Shown: positions 19,861-30,714, counted from the first letter of the stretch. The stretch is DNA of 64,000 nt from a bacterium (GCA_963674695.2 CAXXGI010000001.1:352001-416000), one strand, 5' to 3'. Numbers and translations are program-made. Notes: generated from the letters alone by a model not told the origin.

Positions 19861-20771
19861 TGCAGATTATTTCTCAACAGGGCGACCCCACGCTGGCCGA
19901 AGTTTTTGTCGCGCGCTTCCGCGATAACGATCGTTTCTTGGCCGAGTTCGTGGATGCCCGCGACCCGGATCTCCCCGCCGATGCCAAATGGGTCGTCATC
20001 ATCTCATCCCAGTTCGGCTGCCCAGTGGCTTGTCCCATGTGCGACGCCGGCGGCGACTATCGCGGCGATCTGACGCGCGATGAGATGCTCGCCCAGGTCG
20101 ATCATGTCGTCACGCGCCATGGAGCTGAGCGCTTGTCACGGGTCGAGAAGTTCAAGGTCCAATTCGCGCGCATGGGCGAGCCAGCGCTCAATCCGGCGGT
20201 GCTCGACGCCCTACGCGAGCTGCCCATCCGCTACGACGCGCCGGGGCTCATCCCCTGCATCGCGACAACAGCACCCACCGCATCACGCACATGGCTCGAT
20301 GCATTGTGCGACATTCGCCATACCATCTATGGCGATCGCCTCTTTCAACTCCAACTCTCGGTGAATTCCACGGACGAGACCGCGCGCAACCGACTCATGC
20401 CGGTGGCGAAACTCTCGCTTCCGGAGTTGGCAATGTATGCGCGTCGTTTCTCCGCGGGCGGCCCGCGCAAGGCGTCTCTCAATTTCGTCATGACCGACGA
20501 GGTGCCGATCGATCCAGATGTCATCGCGCGCCACTTCGATCCGGAATCGACCTGTGTCAAGATCACGCCGCTCAACCCCACAAACCGCTCGGTCGAACAA
20601 CACCTCTCCACCGCGCTGCCGCCACACGCGCCCGAAGCGGCCGACGCCCTCTGCGACGCGCTCGCGCGCCATGGCTTCGACATCATCCTCTCCATCGGCG
20701 ATGTGCGGGAAAACGAAATCGGCAGCAACTGCGGCATGGCGGTACGGCGATACCAAAGCGAGTCAGGCTAA
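19860..20771 (+). CDS. RlmN/Cfr-like class A radical SAM protein lacking the N-terminal domain
   Basis: SSQFGCPVACPMC, RMGEP, C-terminal IGSNCG. Confidence 0.85.
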   Translation: MQIISQQGDPTLAEVFVARFRDNDRFLAEFVDARDPDLPADAKWVVIISSQFGCPVACPMCDAGGDYRGDLTRDEMLAQVDHVVTRHGAERLSRVEKFKVQFARMGEPALNPAVLDALRELPIRYDAPGLIPCIATTAPTASRTWLDALCDIRHTIYGDRLFQLQLSVNSTDETARNRLMPVAKLSLPELAMYARRFSAGGPRKASLNFVMTDEVPIDPDVIARHFDPESTCVKITPLNPTNRSVEQHLSTALPPHAPEAADALCDALARHGFDIILSIGDVRENEIGSNCGMAVRRYQSESG

Positions 20772-20804
20772 AAACGACTTTGATTTATACTGTCAACCTT
20801 TCTC

Positions 20805-20880
20805 GCTTGACTGGCTTGACTGGCTTGACTGGCTTGACTGGCTTGACTGTCCTGACTGGCCTGACTGGCCTGACTGGCTT
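20805..20880. repeat. 9-bp tandem repeat GC(T/C)TGACTG x8
   Basis: Seen directly, abutting the response-regulator stop codon. Confidence 0.95.
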
Positions 20881-21290
20881 CATCCCGCCAGAATCTCGTG
20901 GATCTTGGCGATGAGGTCGTCGAAGTCGAGTGGCTTCTGTGCAAAATGGGCAATCTGCTCGTCGGCTGCCTCGACCTGATCACGCGGCAGGCGCTCGACG
21001 ATCTCGTCGGCACCAAGCCCGGAGACGGCGATCACCGGGATAAGGGCTGTGGGAGATGCCGTGCGCAGGCGTTCGAGCACCGTGAAGGCCGAACCGCCGG
21101 GGAGCATGACGTCGAGGATCACCAGGTCCGGCCCTTCCTTGTGCGCCACCGCCACCGCCTGGATGGCATCGAAGGCGGCGACGATCTTGAAGCCCGCCGC
21201 ACTGAGACGATCGTCGAGCAGCTCGATGATCGTCGGATCATCATCGACGATCAGAATCTTCGGTCTTCCCTCATTCCCCTGTGCCATCAT
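20880..21290 (-). CDS. Single-domain response regulator
   Basis: ILIVDDD, DLVILDVMLP, QKP. Confidence 0.9.
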   Translation of the reverse strand: MMAQGNEGRPKILIVDDDPTIIELLDDRLSAAGFKIVAAFDAIQAVAVAHKEGPDLVILDVMLPGGSAFTVLERLRTASPTALIPVIAVSGLGADEIVERLPRDQVEAADEQIAHFAQKPLDFDDLIAKIHEILAG

Positions 21291-22750
21291 GCCTCCGTGC
21301 GCGGAAGTGAAAGAACCATGCGCGCCCCGCCGTTATTGCCTTCTTCGGCCCAGATCTTTCCGCCGTGCATCTCGATAATTCCACGGGCGATGGCCAGCCC
21401 CAGGCCTCGTCCCTTGTAAACGTTGTGCCGATCCTCGGAACGATAGTATTTCTCAAAGATCCGGTCGCGCTCCTCGGGAGAGATGCCGGGACCTTCATCC
21501 TCGACGCTGATCTGAACGGCATCCGGAAGAGCCTTCCCTGAAACCGTAACATGTCCCGTCGGCGGGCTGACCTTGATCGCGTTGTCGACGATATTGACGA
21601 TAACCTGCCGCATACGATCGGGGTCGACCTTCACCGTCGGCATTGATTCCGGGAAATCCAACTCCACATGCACGCCGGAGGTCATCTTGATGGCGCGTAC
21701 CGAATCGGCGCAGAGCTTGGCCACGTCGGTCAGCTTCTTCAGAAGCCTGATCCCACCCGACTCGATCTTGGTGATATCGAGATAGGCCTCGATGATGTCG
21801 GTCATGCGCACTCCCTCCGACTTGATCATGTCGAGATAGTGCATCCGCTTCTCCTCGGACAGAGGCATCCTCTGCATCGAGTCGGCCAGGCCGATGACAG
21901 CGGTGAGCGGATTGCGCAGATCATGCGAGACGATCGAGAGGAACTCGGTCTTCATCCGGTCGAGTTCCACCAGGCGCCGGTTGCCCCGCTCGAGCTCCTG
22001 TTTTTTCTCGGTGAGCAAGGCATTGGCCGCCGCGAGTTTCGCAGTGGCCTCGTCGATGCGCTCCTGCAGGTGCCGGGTCATGTCGTCGAGCTCATGGGCC
22101 ATATGGTTGAAGGAGCGCCCCAACGCGCCGATGACATCCTGGCTCTGCACCAGAATTTCGCGGGAGAAGTCACCGCGCGCGATTCCTTCGGCGGCCTGCC
22201 GCATCGCCTCGAGGGGTTTCAGAAGACGCCCAGAGAGTTTCCAGGAGACGCCGATGATAAAGACGAGCATCAGCACGCTCAAGACCGCCGACCAGATGAA
22301 GAGAACGACCAGATCGCGATGCATCTGCTCAAGCGAGAGAGCGAGTTGCAAGGTGCCAAATGACACATCGTGATCAAGCAGCGGAAAAGATTGAATCAGA
22401 ACCTGCTCATCACCCAAACGCTGCTGTCCGTCATGATAGGGCACGGGGAGACCAACGAACCTCTCATCGGAGGCAGAACGAACAATCCCATTTTGGTCAT
22501 AGATAAGCGCTAACGAAATGCGTTTTTGACTGGCCAAAAATCCGAGGGCATCTCGGACACGTTCAATTCTGTCCTGGACCAAATCATCGATAATCTCGCG
22601 ACTGAAGACACCGCCCGCGCTGACAAGACGCGTCTGGGCACGTTCGAAGAGGATCTCCTCGACCAGCAACATGCGATTGATCATGAGGGCAGCCAGCGTG
22701 AGCACGCTGACGGCACAGATGGCGATGATGAGTTTTGCGCGATAGGTCAT
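21287..22750 (-). CDS. HAMP-domain sensor histidine kinase
   Basis: [10 protein letters not shown]-box, [20 protein letters not shown]; ATGA overlap with the kbl stop. Confidence 0.93.
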   Translation of the reverse strand: MTYRAKLIIAICAVSVLTLAALMINRMLLVEEILFERAQTRLVSAGGVFSREIIDDLVQDRIERVRDALGFLASQKRISLALIYDQNGIVRSASDERFVGLPVPYHDGQQRLGDEQVLIQSFPLLDHDVSFGTLQLALSLEQMHRDLVVLFIWSAVLSVLMLVFIIGVSWKLSGRLLKPLEAMRQAAEGIARGDFSREILVQSQDVIGALGRSFNHMAHELDDMTRHLQERIDEATAKLAAANALLTEKKQELERGNRRLVELDRMKTEFLSIVSHDLRNPLTAVIGLADSMQRMPLSEEKRMHYLDMIKSEGVRMTDIIEAYLDITKIESGGIRLLKKLTDVAKLCADSVRAIKMTSGVHVELDFPESMPTVKVDPDRMRQVIVNIVDNAIKVSPPTGHVTVSGKALPDAVQISVEDEGPGISPEERDRIFEKYYRSEDRHNVYKGRGLGLAIARGIIEMHGGKIWAEEGNNGGARMVLSLPRTEA

Positions 22751-23931
22751 AGGTGTTTTTTGCATACCTTCGCGAATGCGGCGACGGTGCGATCGAGTTG
22801 ATCCTTCGTATGCACCGCACTCACCTGGCAGCGAATACGCGCGGCGCCCTTGGGCACCACCGGATAGAAAAACCCCTTCACATAGATCCCCTCGGCGAGC
22901 ATATCATTGGCAACATCGGAGGCGAGTTTGGCATCGCCGAACATGATGGGTGTGATCGGGTGCGTCCCCTCGAGCACCTTGAGTCCAGCCTTATTCAACT
23001 CGGCGCGAAAGTAGGTCGTGTTCTCCTCGAGCCGATCGCGAAGCGCCGTGCTCCCCTCGAGCATCCCCAGAACCGCGAGGGTGGCAGCACAGATCATCGG
23101 CGGCAATGCATTGGAAAAGAGATACGGACGTGATCGCTGCCGAAGGAAGGCGACGAGTTCACGCCGACCGGTCGTAAACCCTCCGGCGGCTCCGCCCATC
23201 GCCTTGCCCATGGTGCTGGTAATGATATCGACCCGATCCATCACGCCGCAGTATTCGGGCGTACCGCGACCGGTCTTTCCCACGAATCCCGTCGCATGAC
23301 TGTCGTCGACCATCACAAGCGCGTTGTATTTTTCGGCCAGATCACAGATCGCATCGAGTTTGGCGATATAGCCATCCATGGAGAAGACGCCGTCGGTGGC
23401 GATGAGCTTGACGCGCGCACCGGCCGCATCGGCCTCTTTGAGCTTCGCCTCGAGGTCGCTCATATCGGAATTGGCATAGCGAAAGCGCTTGGCCTTGCAC
23501 AGACGCACGCCGTCGATGATCGAGGCATGGTTGAGCGCATCGGAGATGATCGCATCGTCGGGACCGAGAATCGTTTCGAAGAGTCCCTCGTTCGCCTCAT
23601 AGCAGGAGGAATAGAGGATGGTGTCTTCGGTGCCGAAGAACCGAGAGAGTTCCGCTTCCAGCGTGCGATGGATGTCGAAGGTGCCACAGATGAAGCGCAC
23701 CGACGCCGTACCGAAGCCATAGCGATCGAGCGCTGTCTTTGCCGCCGCAATAATCTCGGCGTTATCGGCCAAACCCAGATAGTTGTTCGCGCAGAAGTTG
23801 ATGACCTCGCCATCGGCCACGCGGATGGTCGCATTCTGCGGCGAGAGGATTTCCCACTCCTCTTTCCAGAGCCCCTGTTCTTTGATTTCACCGAGTTGTG
23901 CATCGAGAATCGGTTTGAGTGTGTCGAACAT
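22747..23931 (-). CDS. kbl: Glycine C-acetyltransferase (2-amino-3-ketobutyrate CoA ligase)
   Basis: [37 protein letters not shown]; adjacent to tdh. Confidence 0.96.
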   Translation of the reverse strand: MFDTLKPILDAQLGEIKEQGLWKEEWEILSPQNATIRVADGEVINFCANNYLGLADNAEIIAAAKTALDRYGFGTASVRFICGTFDIHRTLEAELSRFFGTEDTILYSSCYEANEGLFETILGPDDAIISDALNHASIIDGVRLCKAKRFRYANSDMSDLEAKLKEADAAGARVKLIATDGVFSMDGYIAKLDAICDLAEKYNALVMVDDSHATGFVGKTGRGTPEYCGVMDRVDIITSTMGKAMGGAAGGFTTGRRELVAFLRQRSRPYLFSNALPPMICAATLAVLGMLEGSTALRDRLEENTTYFRAELNKAGLKVLEGTHPITPIMFGDAKLASDVANDMLAEGIYVKGFFYPVVPKGAARIRCQVSAVHTKDQLDRTVAAFAKVCKKHL

Positions 23932-23961
23932 AACGTCTCCTTCGTGAACGGTTAACCGTGA

Positions 23962-24042
23962 ACGGTTCACGGTTCACGGTTCACGGTTCACGGTTCACGG
24001 TTCACGGTTCACGGTTCACGGTTCACGGTTCACGGTTCACGG
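23962..24042. repeat. 7-bp tandem repeat ACGGTTC x11 between tdh and kbl, with short inverted copies at 23943-23961
   Basis: Seen directly; overlaps the tdh stop codon. Confidence 0.97.
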
Positions 24043-25083
24043 CTTTAGAATGATCTTCCCCGCCTTGATCTCCGGGGCGTTGAGAATGGCCATTGCCTCG
24101 TCGATTTTGCCCAACGGAAATTCATGCGTGAGGACCGAGGAGATATCCAGGCGACCCGACCCGAGGAGTGCGGCCACCTCATACCAGGTCTCGAACATCT
24201 TTCGTCCGTTGATCGCCAAAAGCCGGATCCCCTTGAAGATCACCTCTTCGGCCATATTCAGCGCAATTGGTTTTCCGGGGATGCCGAAAGCGGTGAAGGT
24301 CCCGCCGCGCTTGATCACGGCTAACCCATCATGGATGGCCGCCTCCGCTCCGCTCATCTCAAGGACCACGTCCACGCCCTCGCCATGGGTCAGATCGCGG
24401 ATCGCCTCGCGCGCATTCTGCTTCGAAACATCGATCACGTGATCCGGGTCGAAGCCCCGCATGAGATCCATGCGATAGGACTGCATCCCACAGACGATGA
24501 GCGTGGTCGCACCATATGCGCGCGCAATGCCGGTGGCGAAGATACCGATCGGCCCATCGCCGAAGATCGCGACCGTCTTCCCGGCCACGTTCGATTCGCT
24601 CACGCAGTAGACGGCATTGCCCAGCGGCTCCTGGACGGAAGCGATCTCCCAGGGCAGCGCGGGATCGTTTTTGATGCAACAGATTTCAGGGATCGCGACA
24701 TACTCGGCAAAGCAACCGTCGCGATCCACACCGATGATCTCGACATTCTGACAGATGTGCATCTTTCCGGTGCGACACTGAAAACAACCACCGCAGGGGA
24801 TGTGTGTCTCAGCCGAGACGTGATCGCCCACCGTGATGTGTTCGACCTGCGCACCGATGGCGACAACCTCGCCACCGAACTCGTGGCCGAAGATCATCGG
24901 CGGTTTGATGCGCCCGGCCGACCATTGGTCCCAATTGTAGATATGGATGTCGGTCCCACAGATCGATGTGGCGAAAACCTTGACGAGGACCTGGTGGGAG
25001 GTGGGAGTCGGAACTGGCCGCGACTCGATCGCGGCACCCGGACCGGGGGAGAGCTTTCGTACCGCCTGCATCGTGCTGCTCAT
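24037..25083 (-). CDS. tdh: L-threonine 3-dehydrogenase
   Basis: SICGTDIHIYNWD, GHEF, VSAETHIPCGGCFQC, GRKMFETW. Confidence 0.95.
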   Translation of the reverse strand: MSSTMQAVRKLSPGPGAAIESRPVPTPTSHQVLVKVFATSICGTDIHIYNWDQWSAGRIKPPMIFGHEFGGEVVAIGAQVEHITVGDHVSAETHIPCGGCFQCRTGKMHICQNVEIIGVDRDGCFAEYVAIPEICCIKNDPALPWEIASVQEPLGNAVYCVSESNVAGKTVAIFGDGPIGIFATGIARAYGATTLIVCGMQSYRMDLMRGFDPDHVIDVSKQNAREAIRDLTHGEGVDVVLEMSGAEAAIHDGLAVIKRGGTFTAFGIPGKPIALNMAEEVIFKGIRLLAINGRKMFETWYEVAALLGSGRLDISSVLTHEFPLGKIDEAMAILNAPEIKAGKIILKP

Positions 25084-25207
25084 GATAACTCCTCAGAATA
25101 GTTACTCTTATCAGACAGCGACTGTATCCGCCCCCTTCGATCATTGTCAAACGAGAAAATGGGACCGCCAGCTTGCCATCGCGCACCGCCTGCCCTACAG
25201 TACGCTC

Positions 25208-25582
25208 ATGCCCAGCGCCCTGATCGTCAGCCCTGACCCCCAGACCACCCGCCTCTTCGAACTCGGCCTTGAACTGCGCGGCTGGACGGTCGAAACCGCC
25301 GCTCAATTGCCCTCAACAGCAGTTCGCCAAGAAGCCGATATCCTCCTGGTCGACCTGGCGGACATCGATCACGAACAGTGGGAGTCCTGCCCGACGGTGC
25401 GCCAGCGCGCTGAGGACCCGCGCACGACGGTGCTCATCCTTCCCCGCGGACTCTCCCCCGACCACGTGCCACGTGAATGTCAGCTGGCGACGATGTTCGT
25501 GCACCGACCATTCGATTTCTGGAACGTGGTCGACCAGATCGATCAACTCGGCCGTGGAAAGAGCACGCTGCCGGCGGGATAA
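25208..25582 (+). CDS. Degenerate receiver-domain protein
   Basis: CheY-like pattern (ALIVSPD, DILLVD, FVHRPF) lacking the acidic pair and the Lys. Confidence 0.65.
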   Translation: MPSALIVSPDPQTTRLFELGLELRGWTVETAAQLPSTAVRQEADILLVDLADIDHEQWESCPTVRQRAEDPRTTVLILPRGLSPDHVPRECQLATMFVHRPFDFWNVVDQIDQLGRGKSTLPAG

Positions 25583-25612
25583 AAAAAGGCCCGCCGCTTT
25601 CGCGACGGACCC

Positions 25613-25774
25613 AGACTGCTGACAAAATTATCTCATACGGTCAACCAAGGTTTGTCATTCCCGCGCAGGCGGGAATCTCGCTTGTAATGGTACATCGAGA
25701 TCCCCGCTGGAGCCTACCCTCGAATGATTGAATCGGGGGCGGGGATGACAAAAACACAGGTTTGTCATCAACCT
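25613..25774. mobile_element. MITE-like element with IS1182-like ends enclosing a GTCAT...ATGAC palindrome
   Basis: Ends AGACTGCTGACAAA / TTTGTCATCAACCT (11 of 14 complementary); near-identical ends at 28340-28471. Confidence 0.6.
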
Positions 25775-25803
25775 CGGTCTTTTTCTTTTTCGCCCTATCG
25801 AAA

Positions 25804-26841
25804 TCAATATCCCCAAAAGGTCTTGGTCAGATCATAAAGATCCATGTCGAGCGTCTTGAGCCCCTCGGCCACGGTCGACAGCGGAATCTCGACAACATCC
25901 TTCCCCTGCAGCGCGACCATCTTGCCCCACCGACCGGCATGGGCCGCATCCATCGCCGCCACGCCGTAACGCGTGGCCAGCACGCGATCGTAGGCGGTCG
26001 GCCGACCACCGCGCTGAATGTGACCGAGCACCGTCACGCGCGTATCATAGCCCGTCTTCTGTTCGATCATCTTTCCTAACACGTTACCGATGCCACCGAG
26101 CTGCACATGACCAAAGTCATCGACGTGTTTCGAAGAAAGCACTTCGTCCGTCCCCTTGATCTTGGCCCCTTCAGCCACGACGATGATGGAAAAGAAAACA
26201 CCCGACTTGTGTCGTTGCAGAACCATCTCGCAGACTTCATCCGTGTCGATCGGTTTTTCCGGGATGAGGATGCAGTCAGCACCGCCGGCCAGCCCCGCAT
26301 ACGCGGCGATCCATCCGGCATGCCGCCCCATCACCTCACAGACGAGAACGCGGTCATGCGACTCGGCCGTGGTGTGCAGCCGATCGATCGCTTCGGTCGC
26401 GATCTCGACGGCGGTATCGAAACCGAAGGTGAAGTCGGTTCCCATCAAATCGTTGTCGATCGTCTTCGGAACACCGACGACGTTGATGCCGTTGTCGTTC
26501 AACCTCTTGGCGATCCCCAGCGTATCCTCGCCGCCGATGGCGATGATGCCGTCGAGCTGTAATTTTTTGATGTTGGCGATCGCCTGTTTGGCCGTCGCAT
26601 CATCTTTGAAGATGTTCGTGCGGCTCGTGCCTAAAATGGTGCCGCCCCGATGCAAAATACCCTGTACATCGCGCCGGGTAAGCGAACAGGTGTCCATCTC
26701 CAACAGGCCGCGCCACCCGTGCTTGACACCGATGGCCTCATACCCGCCGTGCATGATGGCCCGTCGCACGACCGCGCGGATGACCGCATTGAGTCCTGGG
26801 CAATCGCCGCCGCCGGTGAGTACTCCAACTCGCTTTGTCAT
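25804..26841 (-). CDS. pfkA: 6-phosphofructokinase (ATP/PPi family)
   Basis: LTGGGDCPGLNAVIR, GGTILGTSR, PKTIDND, EVMGRHAG, GHIQRGG. Confidence 0.95.
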   Translation of the reverse strand: MTKRVGVLTGGGDCPGLNAVIRAVVRRAIMHGGYEAIGVKHGWRGLLEMDTCSLTRRDVQGILHRGGTILGTSRTNIFKDDATAKQAIANIKKLQLDGIIAIGGEDTLGIAKRLNDNGINVVGVPKTIDNDLMGTDFTFGFDTAVEIATEAIDRLHTTAESHDRVLVCEVMGRHAGWIAAYAGLAGGADCILIPEKPIDTDEVCEMVLQRHKSGVFFSIIVVAEGAKIKGTDEVLSSKHVDDFGHVQLGGIGNVLGKMIEQKTGYDTRVTVLGHIQRGGRPTAYDRVLATRYGVAAMDAAHAGRWGKMVALQGKDVVEIPLSTVAEGLKTLDMDLYDLTKTFWGY

Positions 26842-26884
26842 AATACGCCTCCCTCTTTCGGACGCCTACCTCCGCGCCCATTTG

Positions 26885-28261
26885 TCATGGTTGTGAAACC
26901 GGTTGCTGTTGTGCAGACGATACGGTCGCTTTCTGCAGAAACTCGATCGCCCGCTTGAGTTGATAGTCTTCCCCCTCTTTCTGAACCGGCGGCTTCGGCG
27001 CGACCTCTTCCCCTTCGTCCACCGAGGCGCTCGGCGCCGCCTTCGCCACACCCTTCTTCGCTGAAGCCTTCGGCTTCGGCTGATCCTTGGGAACCACGAT
27101 ATCCGGAACGACTCCCAGGTCCTGGATGAATCGACCGCTCGGAGTCTGATACTTCGCGATCGTGAGTTTGAGCCCTGAGCCGTCGTCGAGGTCGATCACG
27201 GTCTGCACCGATCCCTTGCCGAAGGAGGTGGTTCCCATGATGGTCGCACGCTTGCTGTCCTGCAGGGCGCCGGCCACGATCTCAGAGGCGGAGGCCGACC
27301 CTCGATCAATGAGAACGACCACCGGATAGTCCGGCTCGGTCTCCTCCGCATGCGCCTCATGCCGATCGATCTCACGACCACGACTGGCCGTCGTGACGAT
27401 CACGCCCTCGTCCATAAAGAGATCGGAGACCACCACGGCCTGGTCGAGCAACCCCCCCGGATTGTGGCGCAGATCGAGGATGAGGCCATCGAGCGCATTC
27501 TCTTTGCGCAACTGCTTGAGCGCACGACGCAGCGCGCGCCCCGTTCCCTGCTGAAAGTTGCTGATGCTCACATACCCGAAACGATCGCCGACCACCTCGG
27601 CCTTGACGCTGGGCACCTTGATGATGCTGCGCTTGAGCGAAACGTCGAAAGGCTTGTGCCCCTCCCGCCCAATGGTGAGCGTAATGCGGCTACCGCGCTT
27701 GCCGCGCATGAGCGAAACCGCCTGGGAGAGCATCATGTTCTTGGTGCCCTTGCCGTCGATGCGCAGAATCACATCGCCCGCCTGGATCCCCTCGCGCGCA
27801 GCGGGCGAGCCCTTGATGGGAGAGACGACCGTGAGGTATCCCTTACGCACCGTCACCTCGATGCCGATGCCATCGAAGCGCCCGCGCGTATCCACTTTCA
27901 ATTCACGATAGATCTCGGGCGACATATAGACGCTGTGCGGGTCGAGCGTGCCGAGCATCCCCTGCATGGCACCCTGGATGAGTTCGTCCTCGTCAATCTC
28001 GTCGGCGTAGTTTTCCTCGACGTAATGGAGCACCTTGCTGAACGTGTGCAGGGCCTCAAATCCCTTCTCGGTCAGCGCCTGCGCCCGCATCGGCGCTCCG
28101 AGCACCACCAGGATGAGAAAGAGACACGCCCCGTGCAGGAATAGACGCCTGTGGCTGGAAGACTGCGTGCGGCCCACGAAAACCCCTTGTTCCGGAGATG
28201 AACGAAAAACAAAAGCGGATACCAGCAACCAAGTTCTTACAATGGCGCCCTTTTCTCGCAT
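26885..28261 (-). CDS. ctpA: C-terminal processing protease, S41 family with PDZ (start uncertain)
   Basis: LDPHS, GIGIEV, DLRHNPGG, SASASEI, FGKGSVQ. Confidence 0.93.
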   Translation of the reverse strand: MREKGAIVRTWLLVSAFVFRSSPEQGVFVGRTQSSSHRRLFLHGACLFLILVVLGAPMRAQALTEKGFEALHTFSKVLHYVEENYADEIDEDELIQGAMQGMLGTLDPHSVYMSPEIYRELKVDTRGRFDGIGIEVTVRKGYLTVVSPIKGSPAAREGIQAGDVILRIDGKGTKNMMLSQAVSLMRGKRGSRITLTIGREGHKPFDVSLKRSIIKVPSVKAEVVGDRFGYVSISNFQQGTGRALRRALKQLRKENALDGLILDLRHNPGGLLDQAVVVSDLFMDEGVIVTTASRGREIDRHEAHAEETEPDYPVVVLIDRGSASASEIVAGALQDSKRATIMGTTSFGKGSVQTVIDLDDGSGLKLTIAKYQTPSGRFIQDLGVVPDIVVPKDQPKPKASAKKGVAKAAPSASVDEGEEVAPKPPVQKEGEDYQLKRAIEFLQKATVSSAQQQPVSQP

Positions 28262-28339
28262 ACACCGCCAGAAAGGTCAAAGCTGAAAACAGTTGAAAGT
28301 TGAACGTTAAAAGTTGAAAGAAAGGGGGTTTCCCCTTTC

Positions 28340-28471
28340 AGACCGCTGACAAAGTCCCAACGATGTCATTCCGAGTGAGCCGAAAGGCGAGTCGAGGAAT
28401 CTCATGAGATCCTTCGACTCGTCCGTTCCGGCCTCGCTCAGGATGACAACAGCAGGGTTTGTCATCAACCT
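28340..28471. mobile_element. Second MITE-like copy, flanked by a duplicated palindromic target
   Basis: Ends AGACCGCTGACAAA / TTTGTCATCAACCT; GGGGTTTCCCCTTTC on both sides; outer inverted GTTGAAA heptamer arrays at about 28289-28320 and 28485-28517. Confidence 0.65.
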
Positions 28472-28518
28472 CGAAGGGGTTTCCCCTTTCAACTTTAAAC
28501 TTCCAACTTTCAACTGTC

Positions 28519-29319
28519 TTACAGGTCCACCCGGGTCACCTGCGGCAGATCCCCTTCGAGAAAGCGATGCGCGATGACCTCGAAGCGAGCGGGCAGGTCG
28601 GTGACATAGATCTGACATCCCGCGGGGGAAGCGCCATCTCCGCTCAATCCGCGCTCATCGAGCAGCGCCTTCAGGGCCAGGGCGGTGGTCTCGGCGGAAT
28701 CAACGACGGTGATCCCCTCGCCCAGTTCCCGCTCGATCGTGGAGGCCAGGAGCGGATAGTGCGTACATCCGAGGATGAGCACATCGATCCCCTCGGCGCG
28801 CACGCCGTCGAGATAGCGATGCACGATGGACTCGGTGATCTCACCACCGAGCCACCCCTCTTCGATGAGCGGCACGAAAAGCGGACAAGCGCGACTGACA
28901 ACCCGCACGCCGGGATTGAGCTCGCGCAGAGCAGCGCCATAGGCGTTGCTCGAAATCGTTCCGGCCGTCCCGATCACGCCGATGCTCCCCCCGCGGGTCG
29001 CTGCAAGCGCCGCGCGAGCACCGGGCTCAACGACACCGATGACCGGAACCTCGAGCTCGCGCGCAAGTGCGGGCAGGGCATAGGCGGAGGCCGTATTGCA
29101 GGCGACCACCACCGCGCGCACACCGCGATCGACGAGAAAATGCGAGCATTCGCGCGCATAGCGCACGACCGTCTCGGCCGACTTGGTCCCATAGGGGACG
29201 CGCGCCGTATCGCCCAGATAGAGGAGCGACTCCTGCGGCAGATGCCGGCGAATGGCGGCAAAAACCGTCAAACCGCCGATACCGGAGTCGAAGATGCCGA
29301 TGGGACCGGAAGCGACCAT
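28519..29319 (-). CDS. murI: Glutamate racemase
   Basis: IGIFDSGIGGLTV, VPYGTKS, VVACNTAS, LGCTHYP. Confidence 0.97.
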   Translation of the reverse strand: MVASGPIGIFDSGIGGLTVFAAIRRHLPQESLLYLGDTARVPYGTKSAETVVRYARECSHFLVDRGVRAVVVACNTASAYALPALARELEVPVIGVVEPGARAALAATRGGSIGVIGTAGTISSNAYGAALRELNPGVRVVSRACPLFVPLIEEGWLGGEITESIVHRYLDGVRAEGIDVLILGCTHYPLLASTIERELGEGITVVDSAETTALALKALLDERGLSGDGASPAGCQIYVTDLPARFEVIAHRFLEGDLPQVTRVDL

Positions 29320-29366
29320 GCGCGGCGCTATAGCGCAGCATCCCCCGGAGGGCCAGTAAAAAGGGG

Positions 29367-29393
29367 GCAACTTTTGGGAGCGATATGCGATAA
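29367..29393 (+). promoter_or_regulatory. sigma28-like promoter GCAACTTT-N11-TGCGATAA
   Basis: Same architecture, followed by RBS AAGGAGG and GTG 29420. Confidence 0.5.
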
Positions 29394-29419
29394 GGGGGAA
29401 CAAGGAGGGGGTTTTCATC

Positions 29420-30517
29420 GTGTCCGATCATGCGTGTCAATTCGCTGCCGCCCGCGACGCTGAAGCCGGCGCACTCTGCCGCCTGCTCATCGACGAGATG
29501 AAGATGGCACCGAATGCCATCGATGCGGGCGTGCCCTTCGTCGCCTGCGAGACCACGACCCCCGGCACCTGCGATGACGGCTGGAACTGCTCCGTCCAGG
29601 TGGAATCCCACACCGCCGGTGACAAAACGCTGCAGCCCGGTGAAATCTACACCTCCGCTCTGGCCCTCCTCGAAGAAGAGGAGGATCGATTCGTCGCCAG
29701 CCAAGGGAAGACATCGCGCCCCTTCACCGACCTGGTCTCCACACGCACGACCTTTCGCCACCCGGGGCTCTTTTCCGATTTCGATCCAAAGACGCATGAC
29801 GACGACAAGCTCCTGCAGCGCATCGGCCGGACGTTCGCGCGCATGCGCGCCGACCTCGTCGCACAAGGGTATGCGAAGGACACCCCCGATTTTCGTATCG
29901 TGCTGGCCCAACGCATCTGCGACTGGATGTTCGACCCGAAGGGATTGGGCGTTTCGAAGATTGATCTGGCTGGCCGCGAACGCGCGGTCATCGAGCTCAT
30001 GCGCCTGCCTCCCGGAGAACGCCAGGGAGACTGCTCGGAACTGGCCCGCCTGCTTTGCGGCCTTATGCGCCTGGCCGGACTCGATGCGGAGATCCTCGAT
30101 GTCCAGTGGGACAAACTCGATGTGACGATCTTCTGGCACATGGCGGTGGCGCTCTTTCCCGATCCGAACGATCGCTCGCGCATGATCACGATCGACCCGT
30201 ATCACAAGGGGTGGATGTCGGAGCAGGGCCACTTCGCACAGTCGATCATGCCCGCCGTAAGCGCGCTGGCCGCCTTCAACGCCAACGCCGAACATGCAGC
30301 AGTAGAGCCAAGCGCGCTCTTTTCCAGCACCGAACCACCGCTTGCGCACGCCCTACGCTACGACCCCCACTACGCGCTGGCCCTCTACATGCGCGCCCTG
30401 CGCGCGCACGAGCACGGGGATACGACACAAGCACGCACCGCGATCGAAGCGGCTCGTCGCGCCCGCCCCTGCACACCAAATGTGAAAAGCCTGGAACGCG
30501 AAATCATAACGCCGTGA
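29420..30517 (+). CDS. Transglutaminase-like (Cys-His-Asp) protein with C-terminal TPR
   Basis: GDCSELARLLCGLMRLAGL, WHMAVAL, ITIDP; TPR-like tail. Confidence 0.75.
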   Translation: MSDHACQFAAARDAEAGALCRLLIDEMKMAPNAIDAGVPFVACETTTPGTCDDGWNCSVQVESHTAGDKTLQPGEIYTSALALLEEEEDRFVASQGKTSRPFTDLVSTRTTFRHPGLFSDFDPKTHDDDKLLQRIGRTFARMRADLVAQGYAKDTPDFRIVLAQRICDWMFDPKGLGVSKIDLAGRERAVIELMRLPPGERQGDCSELARLLCGLMRLAGLDAEILDVQWDKLDVTIFWHMAVALFPDPNDRSRMITIDPYHKGWMSEQGHFAQSIMPAVSALAAFNANAEHAAVEPSALFSSTEPPLAHALRYDPHYALALYMRALRAHEHGDTTQARTAIEAARRARPCTPNVKSLEREIITP

Positions 30518-30569
30518 ATCGGCATCACGCGTGAACACCTCTGTTCTTGCCCGTCATCCCCTTGTGTAT

Positions 30570-30652
30570 GTCATCCCCGAGGGTGTTATCGGGGATCTCG
30601 ATCGTAATATGCTGTGATCACCGGGATTCCCGATTACCCCCTCGGGAATGAC
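30570..30652. repeat. GTCAT...ATGAC REP-like palindromic element
   Basis: GTCATCCCCGAGGG...CCCTCGGGAATGAC. Confidence 0.8.
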
Positions 30653-30714
30653 AGCGTAAAAAAACCCCCGACACGCATGTCGGGGGCTCCCCTACCGAAT
30701 GGAATGGACGCCGC

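Noticed and set aside
19860-20771. Calling this gene rlmN or cfr
   Set aside because: It lacks the N-terminal domain and has a different gene context; only the family is supported.
20768-21016. ORFs with (QAS)n, (LTG)n or (DWL)n repeats
   Set aside because: Translations of the intergenic 9-bp repeat, with no coding evidence.
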